Shown here piece by piece: positions 10,714 through 21,474 of a stretch of 64,000 nucleotides of DNA (the stretch's first letter is position 1; each line of letters begins with the position of its first letter). The notes beneath the pieces are model-generated. The model had not been told where the DNA came from. It worked only from the letters and a program-made list of their open reading frames with translations, and made no database searches. The translations under genes and the position numbers were made by a program. The stretch comes from Macrostomum lignano (taxonomy: Eukaryota), in assembly GCA_002269645.1 (NCBI GenBank), contig NIVC01002903.1:1-64000 (forward strand), written 5' to 3'.

Positions 10714-13700
10714 TCAAAATTTGCCAATAGATTTGACAACAGCTGCCTGACTGGCACTGCTTGGCTTGGTCTGTGACAGTGACAGACTACTTTTTGCTTT
10801 CTGCAGCCTGACCGCTACCGCGCCACGCTGCTGGCGCTGTGGCAAGGTCTGTTGCGTATGTTGCTTCTGCAGCTGTTGGGGTTGACTGTTCGACGAGCTA
10901 GCAGTTGATGGCCGACTCAGATGCAGATTCTCCGAGGATTTCGCGCTGGAGATTCCTGAATTTGCGTGCAGATTCAGTGCCGGCATGCTCCTAGTCCGGC
11001 TGCTCAGCTGCCCAGCCTTCTGCTGCCGCTCGACCAGAGTCGGCCTCGGCTGTCTGGGACGCGAGCTGCTGTCGTAGATCAGCTGGAATTCCTTTTGCTG
11101 TCCGGACAGTGGCAGAACTGGCTGACGGCGGAACACGCGGTCGAAAGCCTCGGCGGCGATGGCCAGGGCTTCGTGGACAACGCCAGGTATGATGGCTTCC
11201 TGGGTGGAGTTGTACAGGCCCAAGGCCGGAGTGGAGTTCAACTCCAGGAGCCACACCTGGATGGAGAGAAGCGATTGGAAGGCTTTTCAATGCTGGGTGG
11301 GCCGCATTTGTACAGTTGATGAGAATCTGCTACCTTCTATTCTTATATTCGTGCCCGTTTTGCTGACCCTTGGGCACACATGCGAGCAGGGGGACACGTA
11401 CGCGGGTACACGCTAACATCATATGTATGGTACAGTAGGCCCTGACTTTTCCATTACCTTCAGGCTACCGGACATTCCCCCTGTCATTTCCCCTCCCGCA
11501 TGCGTTTCCCCTTTCCCATTCCCCTTTCCCCTTCGGCGGCGCTTCCTCTTGGGACATTTCCCCTCCGGGATTTTTCCTCCGCCGTTTCCCCTCCGGCGTT
11601 TCCCTTCGAAATGAAAATTGACATGAAAGTGGAAGTGGCCGGGCACCTCCAGCCAGGCGTGCTGGTAGGCAGCTGCCAACCGCCGGAACCGCTGGTCGCA
11701 CGCCTTCCATATCCTGCGCTGGGCGGTTGGCTCTGCACCAGTTTTCGGACCGTTGATCGGCATGGTGATCAAACTAGAAGCGCCGGAGAGAAAACAGTGG
11801 AAGGGAATGTTGGAGGGGAAACGGCGGAAGGGAAACGGCGGAGGGGAATTGCCGGAGGGGAAGTGCCGGAGTGGCAATCTACTACTGTCCGGAGGGGAAG
11901 TGCCGGAGTGGCAATCTAATACTGTCCGGGGGGAAGTACCGGAGGGAATCTGTCCTCAAGGGGAAACACCGGAGGGGAAATGACGGAGGGGACGTGAATG
12001 ACTCGACAAGCGCGAGGCTAATTTGCGTGCCGGGACTCCAAAACTATTGTGAATCCGGGTACTCTGGCACAAGAGTCATACACGGTACGGTGCGATAACA
12101 AGCAATCCAGGGATTAAAGAAGACAAGATCTGAGCAAGAAGTATGCAGCAGGTGGACTCACCTTGCCGGATTCCTCCACCAGGAAATCGCAGCCGAACAG
12201 CTCAAAGCAGCCGCAGGCGGTGGCCAGCTTTGGTCGAGTCGCCGCGACAAGGTGCGCCAGCGCCTGACGGATGCTGACCTGCATCCCGGAGATAGCGAAG
12301 TCCTTGTCCAGTCCTAACTGTTCGCAGTGCTCGTTGATGTGGCAATTCAGCCTGTCGATTGACCAGATTGTCTCCTCCCGGGCCGCATCGTAGGCGGAGT
12401 CCTTCTGCTGCACGGCTTGATTGGTCAGGTGCAAGCAGAGATCGTCGCTTTTCAGGTCGAAGTCGCGGCAGGTGAGCCGGGCGTAGCCGGGGTGGTAGAA
12501 GGCCAGGCAGTTGAGGTTTAGCGTGGCCAGCACTAGCAGGTAGACGCGCAGATCGAATTTCTTACCGGCCAGCAGCAGTGGCCGCTCGATGTACTTTTGA
12601 ATGACCCAGTCGCGTCGCGGCTCGCCGTTCGTGCGCTCGTCGTTGAACAGATTACGGAAGTCGAGCTCGGCGCGCACCAGCTTGATGCCTTCGCCTCGGT
12701 TCAGCGTTGCGGGCTTGCAGATCCACAGGCTGCCGGACTCCGAGCTCATCCGGCGAAGGAACTGCAGCCTCTGCATCGCGGTGCGCAACACAAAGGTCGC
12801 CGGCAGGACGGCGTCGGCCGTTAGGCGGGGATGATCGCGGCAGCGGCTTACTTGACTTACTTGACTTAGCTGCAGGGTGGTCCGTAGACACAGCGGGGAG
12901 GCGAGGGTCGCCCATTCCGCTAGCCCCTGAAGGCCCGCAGACAGGCAGAGGCGTGGGGCCGGTCAGGGTGGTCCGCCGGTCCGTCCTGCAGCGTGATCTT
13001 CCGTTGGGAAGAAACTGGCTCGTCTAGTCGCCCGAAGGAACTGGATGAGCCGTGGGATGCTGTCGGGCTGGCAAACCTCGTCAATGGACGGGTTCGGCCC
13101 GAGGTAGCGTAGCCGGTCTCTGTTAAAGAAAGGGCAGTGACAGACAAAGTGCTGAGCATCTTCATTGTCGCACTCGCAAAAGGGGCAAATTTCGCTCTCG
13201 AGGTCGCCTCGGAGGAAGCAGTGCCTGGCGAGGTAGCCATGGCCGGTAAGGGTCATGACAAGGGCTCGAATATCCTTCCGATTCTGGTTCAGAAGGATGT
13301 TTCTGAGCCTGTGAGACGGGCAAGGAACCGCGGCACGAGATTGCCGGCAGTTTTGGGTGCCCGCCCATCTGTCCCTGTGGAGGGAGTCAGCCCAGTCGTC
13401 GATCTGACGATTGATGACTGTCAAGGGCATAGGGACCAGGGGGGCAGGGCCGAAAAAAGAGCCAGAGCCGCCCCTCTTGGCGAGGGTGTCTGCCAGCTCG
13501 TTCCCCGGAAACCCTGCGTGCCCTGGGATCCACTTCAGCCTGACAGTATTGCTTCTGGCCAGGAGGTTGAGCTGCCGGGCGCAGTCGGCGACTGTCCGGG
13601 AGTTCGTTGTGGTGTGGCAAAGGGCCTGTAAGGCCGCTTGGCTGTCGGAGTGGATGACAATAGTCTTTCCTCTCGTAACCTTGGCGTTTAGCTCTGCAGC

Positions 13701-16700
13701 GCAAGAGCTGATGGCAAGGACTTCGTTCTGGAAGACTGTGGAGAGTCTACCAGTGTGCTGGGCATGCGTGGCAATTACGCGGCCGTTGATGATGATGCAG
13801 ACCCCAAAGCCGGCGCGACCGTCTTTGATGGATCCGTCCGTGTAGCAATGGACCTCCTGGAAATTCCAGTGGTCATTGGCAGCATCCCTAGAGGGGATGG
13901 TGACCTTGTAGCGCTGAAAGAGGTTGAGAGTGCGGGGTTCGCCGTCAGATAGGACGTGGAGCCCGCCGCTGTCTCTCAAGTCCTTGAGGCAGAGGTCAGC
14001 GTGGGGCAGAAGCTTGCGCTTAGCCATGGCCCTATGGGGCTGGATTCGAATGCCAGCGTCAGCTAGACGGCGGGCAGTCTTAGCCGCTTCCCTGCGGACA
14101 AAGATGTCCAGCGGAGGAATGTTGAGGAAGGCGTTGAGGCCATCGTAAGGAGCAGACGGAGGGGCGCTCATGATCGTGCGACAAGCGCGCCCTTGCGCTC
14201 TCCTGAGAGCCTCTAGACAGGTCTTTATCTGCAGGGCGCTAGCCCAGATCAGGCCGCCATACGAGATAGCGGGCCTAACCATTGCAGTGTAGATCCACCA
14301 GAGGCGCTTGGGGGTGAGCCCCCAGGTGGTGCCGACGGCCCTGCGCAATTGCGCGAGGACTGCGAAGGCCTTTTTGGCTTTTGTTTGAACGTGGGGAGAC
14401 CAGTTCAGCCTGTGGTCCAGGGTAATACCCAGACATTTAGTCTGCTTGCAGAAGGGGATTTCCCTTCCGTAAAGCGTGAGCGGCCGAATCTGCCACTTGG
14501 TCCTGCTGGTGAACATGATCGCTGCGGTCTTAGTCTCAGAGAGCCTTAAACCACAGCGGTCCGCCCATTGCTCAGCAGCGTAGATGAAGTTCTGAAGAAG
14601 GTCCCTGAGGGTATCAGGGGACGGACCAGATGCCACCGCGGTGACATCGTCCGCATATCCAACTTTCAGAATGGGGTCAGGCCGAACATCCCGGAGGAGC
14701 TCATCGATGACCATATTCCAGAGAACTGGAGACAGCACCCCACCTTGCGGGCTACCTTTGCAGACGGGGACCGTCCTCTGGTAGCCCAGCAGACTGGCGG
14801 TGGCCGTGCGATGGCTGATCATGTACATGATCCATCTGGTGAGATGTGAGTGCGTTAGCCTCTCACAAAGAGCTCTTCGGAACGCCTCAAAGAGGACGTT
14901 ATCGAAGGCGCCAATGATGTCCAGGAAGATCCCCAGAGCAAAGCCACTACCAAGCACGGCCTTCTCGAGTTTATCGACCAGGACGTGCAGCGCGCTTTCA
15001 GTGGAGCGACCCGCCCGAAAAGCGTGCTGGTTCTCGCTGAGAGGTTTGTTCTTCAGCTCAACAGAGAGAAGGCGCCAAAGCACCAGTCTCTCCATCAGCT
15101 TGACCAGGGAGGAGGTCAAGCTGATCGGTCTGAAGGATTTGATAGAATGGTAGTCCGGGCGGCCTGGCTTAGGGATAAAGATCACCTTTGCCTCGGTCCA
15201 TGCCTGCGGGACATAACCAAGCGTGATGCATGCCCGAAGAAGGCTGCAAAGTTTGCGCAGGAAGCCTGGGCATTTAACCGCCTCTCTTAGAAGGGCCGGT
15301 ACAATGCCGTCGGGTCCTGGGGCTTTGAAAGGCTTGAAGGAATTTGCCGCTCTCACAATGCGGTCCTCCGTGATGATAGATGCAGCCAGCGCGTGACCTC
15401 CCTCCGAGTGATCCGGAGTGGTCTGGTTAGCTGGCTCGTTAGGGAAAAACGCAGTGAGCATTACATCAAGCGTTTCCCCTGGGTTGTCCGTGGACGTACC
15501 GTCGGTGCGTTTGACCGAGGAGAGCTTAGACATTTTGTCCAGCGTGAGCGCTTTCACAACTCTGGAGGTGGGGCGTGAGCCCTCTAGCTCCTCACAGTAT
15601 TGTCGCCATTTTTGAGCCTTTGCATTCCTAACCTGCCTTTTAAACTCATGAATTGCTTCATGATAGGCGGTTTGGTCTGCAGGGCTCTTAGTTTTAGTTG
15701 CTCTGCGGTGGAGTCTCTTAGCCCTGCGACGGAGGTTGCCGAGCTCGGGATTCCACCACGGCGCCGATTTTTTCCCTTTATAGGCTTTTAAAGGGCAGGA
15801 CGCCTCAAAGGCGGCGGTTAGCGTCTCTGTCAAAACAGTCGCGCACTCATCCGCCTCTCGGCACGACGTGATCGTGAATGGTTGGCCAGGAGACCGATGG
15901 AATTCCTTCAGGGCGAGCCCGAAGGTTTCCCAATCAGTATTTCTGGCGTTCCGTCTCCACATAACACGAGTTGCGCTACGCGCGGCCATTAGGTTGAAGG
16001 AGATGAACTTGTGATCCGATAGTGAGGACACTGGAAGCACCCGCCACGCCCCAATACTCTGGTAGAGTCTGGGCGTTGCGAGCGTAGCGTCGATCACCTC
16101 CGACCACCGTCCGTTGTCAAAGGTAGGGGTGGACCCAGAGTTGCAGAACTCGAGGGTCGTAGAGGCAACGTAGGCTAGGAGGTCTTCGCCTCTCTGATTA
16201 ATGCCAGTGCTGCCCCAGTGAGTGTGGTGGGCGTTGATGTCGCCGGCAACCATGAGCTCGTAGTTTTGGCAGAGCAGAGCTCTACCAGCGTAGCGAGGGC
16301 TCTGGGGACGACCGCAGCATCGCCTGGTAGGTAAACCGAGGCAATGAGGGTGGTCTTCCCAGGAAGAAGGTCCTCGGATTGGATGACGCAGATGTCCCTG
16401 TTGGACAGGTCCGATCTGAGCCACGCACTGAGCGTTTTGCTCGCAAAGATGCAAGCTCTGGGAGGCTGGTTGGCCTCGCGAGGGCAGCGGCACTGCGGCG
16501 CAGCGTCCTGAGCTCTGAGAGTCTCCGGTAGGAGCAGCTTGTTGGTCAGGCAGCGGGTGCCGGGCAGGCGGCTGATGATGTGCTGCCCGGGCCGCATCTT
16601 GCGGATGAACAGGTCGGCCTGGCAGCCATTGCACCAGATCAGAGTGAGCGGCGGCGCCGCCTGCGGCTGCTGCGTATGCGGCGACGAGAGAATGGCCGAG

Positions 16701-17223
16701 TCGGCCGCCTCTGGCCAGTTTAAGCGCCGCATCACCTCGCGGATTCTGCAGAGAGTCGCATGATTGAACCGCTCTTAAGCTTTGCACTGTCTGGAGAAAC
16801 CAAACGCAGTGGTCAAGTTCTTTTTTAGAAAATTTCTGGAGACAATTCGAATATTTTGGGACTGGGTGCAATCAAACTAGTTAAGCACGGGTTTGACCAA
16901 GGACTACTCAAGTAGGAATGGCACAGCTCGACTCATTGGCTTTATTAATCTATTTTATCATTCTTAGCTGATGACTGTAACAAAATGTGTTTTAGAGTGA
17001 CGTCATTCAGAGTGACGTCAAATTTCACGACAGCGCATCAAAGGCGATGGGTCACTTTCCTGACTCGTGCTCACATTTTTGCTCCGTACTGCGTGGCCAG
17101 GTAGCAGGAACAGGTGCGGCGTCCGCTGGCACCGCGACTGCTCCGAGGCGTCTTCCCGGCCATCGGCCGGTTTCTACCGGTGGACAGCCGGGTCAGCGGC
17201 TCTGCGGCGCCCTCGTCCTCCAT
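10714..17223 (-). CDS. TTLL10: TTLL10-type tubulin polyglycylase interrupted by a retrotransposon; exons 17075-17223, 16483-16745 + 12162-12838, 10714-11256; pre-insertion ORF 543 aa
   Basis: WICKP..RGEGI, QKYIERPLL..GKKFDLRVY, GYARLT, HLTNQAVQ, FELFGCDFL, VWLLELNSTP..IPGVVHE, and N-terminal LIWC..SRLPGTRCLTNK..LR align in order with recalled TTLL10. All introns are GT-AG and phase-consistent; removing 12848-16482 plus one TSD copy restores the frame. Confidence 0.9.
11464..12005. mobile_element. MITE/foldback-like element in the TTLL10 intron
   Basis: Left arm is rich in TTTCCCCTCC motifs and the right arm in GGAGGGGAA; imperfect inverted repeat GTCATTTCCCCTCC / GGAGGGGAAATGAC near the ends; no TSD found. 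Confidence 0.45.
12848..16482 (-). mobile_element. 5'-truncated non-LTR retrotransposon (APE-RT-RNase H; LOA/R1-like, I group)
   Basis: APE motifs SVYLP, GDINAHH..WGS, IDATL, SDHK; RT motifs FRPISL, QGGVLSP, YADD; RNase H YTDGS, DSQAAL, WIPGH..GNELAD; C-terminal CPFC..H..CHC; stop at 12963; 3' tail (TAAGTCAAG)2TAA; 9-bp TSD GCCGCTGCC at 12839-12847 and 16483-16491; one frameshift near 16264-16267. Confidence 0.95.
16998..17020. promoter_or_regulatory. Two perfect CRE palindromes (TGACGTCA) in TTLL10 intron 1
   Basis: TGACGTCA at 16998-17005 and 17013-17020; function untested. Confidence 0.35.
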
Positions 17224-18527
17224 GGCGTGAAGAGGCAGAATCTCTTCACTGCTCACTTAACTCAATTGGCCCTCTCTGAGTTCTGTCCAAGGCCTGTCAC
17301 TTGTTGTAAACTTTAAGTATGCAGTGGGTTCCCACCCTCTTATCTATTCTTTCTCCTGTTAGTCAGTTCCCTTCTCATTTTGGTGGGGATTACTTAGCGA
17401 GGCGGAGTGACTGTGCGGGGGGCGGCTTTCGGATTGGCCTGCGAAAGAAGACAGAGAGCCAGGGAGAGATCAGAAGGGGGAGTTTCAGTGGGGGCAGAGA
17501 AAATGACAAGACGCGCAGGCTTTGGCTCTCACAAGCGCTGCCCAGACATGCAGATATTTGAGATCGAAGCCAACCGGCTGCTCAAAATGGAAGGGCAGAC
17601 ATTTCACAGGGCAGTTTTTTACTGTCGCCATTCCCTAAGCAAGCGATCCGGCAGAGCCAGAGCACCAGAAACCAGACAAACTTGCTCAGAAGAATGAGCT
17701 GAGCCAGCTCAGGCGTTGCCGGGCAGGCGGTAGGATAATTATCCCAATGCCAGCTGTCTCAAGAATCTGCAGAATTCAGAGCGATTCGTTGTAAACCCTC
17801 GAGGGGGGGGGTTCGCTAAGATCTTTGAATTTTTTGTCAACCCTTAGTTTACCAAGATAACGCTAGCGAATCTTCACTTGCTACTGGTAGTAGTGTAGCT
17901 AGGACGCAGCTTTTGACAAGCAGATTTTATTCCTTATAACTTTTTTTATAACTACGTGCTTAGCTCGTAAAGTCCCGAAGGGTCCCATCGGACTGACTTC
18001 AAAGCACTGAAATTGGATGATGAAGTACGCAGATTTTTTATAGTCTACAATATCTCTTTAAGGCCTGTAACATCTCTTTTAGGTCTCAAATGCTACATCC
18101 CCTCTTGGAATGAAAATAGGTGAATTAATAGTTATGCAATGAATTAGTGACCCCAAGCTTACTTCCAGATACATTTTTACACTCTGTAGTTGCATTGAAA
18201 AGTGCACTATGGAAATATTGTAACCATGCTGGACTCAGATGAGGCAATCCTCACTGATACCCGTTGCTGCCGTCAACCTGACGTGCTTTTCCTGCTCACC
18301 TCGACTGAGGGTTCACTCATCAGAATTCCGACAAGCTTTTGAAAGGCGCGCTGGCCAAGGTAATTCCGGATTATAGAATGGGAGTGGAAGGTTTGGGATA
18401 AAATCACGGGAGAACTTCGTAGGTGTTAGAAAACATGATAGCTTATAGAGAGAGGAGAGCATGCAGAGAGAAGACGGAGAAACGAAGATTGGAATCGTAA
18501 AAGATTCGATAAAATCAGTTAAAATTT

Positions 18528-18541
18528 GTTGCCATGGTAAC
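18528..18541. promoter_or_regulatory. RFX X-box GTTGCCATGGTAAC
   Basis: Matches the X-box consensus; lies 1.3 kb upstream of the ciliary gene TTLL10. Confidence 0.6.
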
Positions 18542-18980
18542 CAGCTGGGGGATTTCGAAGAAAATACACTATTATTTGTTCCGTCAATTGATCCTTAAGC
18601 AACTCGACGACTGTCTGAGTCTCTGAATTGAGTTCCATAGACTCACCCGGGCCATGATGAACATGGGAACTACCTGTTTCCTTTCCCTTCTCTCTCTCTC
18701 CCTCTTTCCAGCCTTTTTCTGCATAGCAACAGGCATAGCAACAGGCCCGTCGTCTCCAAGCGCCCTGCCAGCTCAAAAGTAACTGAAAACTGTTGGTGGC
18801 TGCACAGCCAGACTCAGCCTGAGTACTCTGGGCTATTATTTTCTTTCCAGCCTCCGCCCTCTCCATCTCTCTCTCTCTCTCTCTTTGTCGCTGAGTCTAC
18901 TAAAAAGTTCCTTCGGGTTTTGGAATCTGTATTTTTTTGTCTGGTCACTAAAGATCTTCTCGCCGACTTGGTGCAGTGCG

Positions 18981-18984
<4 letters not shown>

Positions 18985-19024
<40 letters not shown>
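18985..19024. repeat. (GA)n microsatellite
   Basis: Direct reading. Confidence 0.95.
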
Positions 19025-19028
<4 letters not shown>

Positions 19029-19499
19029 ACCTATTTTTAATCTCATACAATCGCTTGCCCTCCCCATACAAGCTTTTTCTCTTCTGCTGGGGCCCGGGGC
19101 TGTCTGTCTTTGCCCAGAGAGGACAGAGGAGAGAGAGAGGGTGATGAGGGAGAGAGGCTGCTGGGGAGCCAATAGAAGAAGAGGTTTCCTAGCCGAGGGT
19201 TGGACACTGGTAGTGAAAGACTGAGAGATGAGAGATGAGGGAGGCGGCTGGGCGCCAGAAAGCAGTTGACATAATCTTTCAAACATAAATAGCTCAATTT
19301 TTCTGTTTGGACTCGCTGCTTGTAAGATTAGCGAGCGCACCTCGCATAAAAAAGCTCATTTTTAGCGAAGCCTTGAGCCGCAGTGGAAATATTCGGTGAA
19401 ATGTTTGTCCAAACCCACGCGCCCGAATGCAATCACAACAGGAACAGAACTGGCATCTTCCTGGCTGCTCAGGTGAGCTGTGGTTCCGCACACGGGAGA

Positions 19500-20585
19500 G
19501 ACTGAGAGTGAATGGATAAGAGTGAATGGGAGAGAGTGAATTGGAGAGAGTGAATAGGAGAGAGTGAATAACTAAAAAATGAATGACTGAGAGTGAATTG
19601 GAGAGAGTGAATAGGAGAGAGTGAATGGCTGAGAGTGATTGGCTGAGAGTGAATGGCTGAGAGTGAATGGCTGAGAGTGAATGGCTGAGAGTGAATGGCT
19701 GAGAGTGATTGGCTGAGAGTGAATGGCTGAGAGTGAATGGCTGAGAGTGAATGGCTGAGAGTGAATGGCTGAGAGTGAATGGCTGAGAGTGAATGGCTGA
19801 GAGTGAATGGCTGAGAGTGAATGGCTGAGAGTGAATGGCTGAGAGTGAATGGCTGAGAGTGAATGGCTGAGAGTGAATGGCTGAGAGTGAATGGCTGAGA
19901 GTGAATGGCTGAGAGTGAATGGCTGAGAGTGAATGGCTGAGAGTGAATGGCTGAGAGTGAATGGCTGAGAGTGAATGGCTGAGAGTGAATGGCTGAGAGT
20001 GAATGGCTGAGAGTGAATGGCTGAGAGTGAATGGCTGAGAGTGAATGGCTGAGAGTGAATGGCTGAGAGTGAATGGCTGAGAGTGAATGGCTGAGAGTGA
20101 ATGGCTGAGAGTGAATGGCTGAGAGTGAATGGCTGAGAGTGAATGGCTGAGAGTGAATGGCTGAGAGTGAATGGCTGAGAGTGAATGGCTGAGAGTGAAT
20201 GGCTGAGAGTGATTGGCTGAGAGTGAATGGCTGAGAGTGAATGGCTGAGAGTGAATGGCTGAGAGTGAATGGCTGAGAGTGAATGGCTGAGAGTGAATGG
20301 CTGAGAGTGAATGGCTGAGAGTGAATGGCTGAGAGTGAATGGCAGAGAGTGAATGGCTGAGAGTGAATGGCTGAGAGTGAATGGCAGAGAGTGAATGGCT
20401 GAGAGTGAATGGCTGAGAGTGAATGGCTGAGAGTGAATGGCTGTGAGTGAATAGGAGGGAGTGAATGGCTGAGAGTGAATGGCTGAGAGTGAATGGCTGA
20501 GAGTGAATGGCTGAGAGTGAATGGCTGAGAGTGAATGGCTGAGAGTGAATGGCTGAGAGTAAATGGTTGAGAGTGACTGAGAGAG
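19500..20585. repeat. 14-bp minisatellite (GAGAGTGAATGGCT)n
   Basis: Highly homogeneous array starting just after a CAG|GTGAGC donor at 19471/19472. Confidence 0.95.
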
Positions 20586-20659
20586 AGTGAATATAAGGGT
20601 GTCGTAAGAATGTGAATGAATGTAGATGTAAGAGTGGATGTACGAATGGAGGATTGTGA

Positions 20660-20930
20660 AGGATGGCCAGGGGAGTGAAGGATGGCCAGGGGAGTGAAGG
20701 ATGGCCAGGGGAGTGAAGGATGGCCAGGGGAGTGAAGGATGGCCAGGGGAGTGAAGGATGGCCAGGGGAGTGAAGGATGGCCAGGGGAGTGAAGGATGGC
20801 CAGGGGAGTGAAGGATGGCCAGGGGAGTGAAGGATGGCCAGGGGAGTGAAGGATGGCCAGGGGAGTGAAGGATGGCCAGGGGAGTGAAGGATGGCCAGGG
20901 GAGTGAAGGATGGCCAGGGGAGTGAAGGGT
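20660..20930. repeat. 19-bp minisatellite (GGATGGCCAGGGGAGTGAA)n
   Basis: Near-perfect 19-bp periodicity. Confidence 0.95.
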
Positions 20931-21474
20931 GGCAAGTGAGGGTACTAGGCTATGTAATAAATAGGTAAAAATGCGCACGCCATGTCAGCGGAAGCAGAGA
21001 CGGGCCAGAGACTCGGGCAGGCGGTTAAGCGGAAGGAGACACGTGTGGGGAGAAATCATAAAATCTGTCAAAGTTACGCTCATCAATCTGTGCTGTCATG
21101 CTGAAATGCAGCAGAATCTGGTTGCCAGTGGCAACCGAAGCAGAAAATTCCTAGCTCTTGTTGACTTTGAGAAGCCACTACGCCTCTCTGAATTATTGTC
21201 TGAATAATTGCTAAGCGTATTTCTATCTACATTCTCTATTAGGGGTTGAGCTATTTTGAGCATTGATGAGGCCGCCTCACGGCTGCTGAGGGGTTTTGTC
21301 AAGCTGACGGGTCCGTGGAAGAGGGACGAAAGTGAGCAGAGGCGGCAAAAACAAGTGACAGACAGAATGAAGACAATTAAACTTGGGAGAGATGTGCGTT
21401 GCTGGGCCATTGTACTAGTATTTAGGATGGTTACGAGAAGGTCAGCCAGATTGACTGGTAGATTAGTAGGGACA

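Noticed and set aside
16258-16272. Programmed -1 ribosomal frameshift in the LINE
   Set aside because: GCC AAA ACT is not an X XXY YYZ slippery heptamer; a simple 1-nt deletion or sequencing error is more likely.
16483-16871. N-terminal ~200 aa of the 1302-aa ORF as an element ORF1 or leader
   Set aside because: It lies outside the TSD; it is TTLL10 intron 1 and exon 2 read in the wrong frame.
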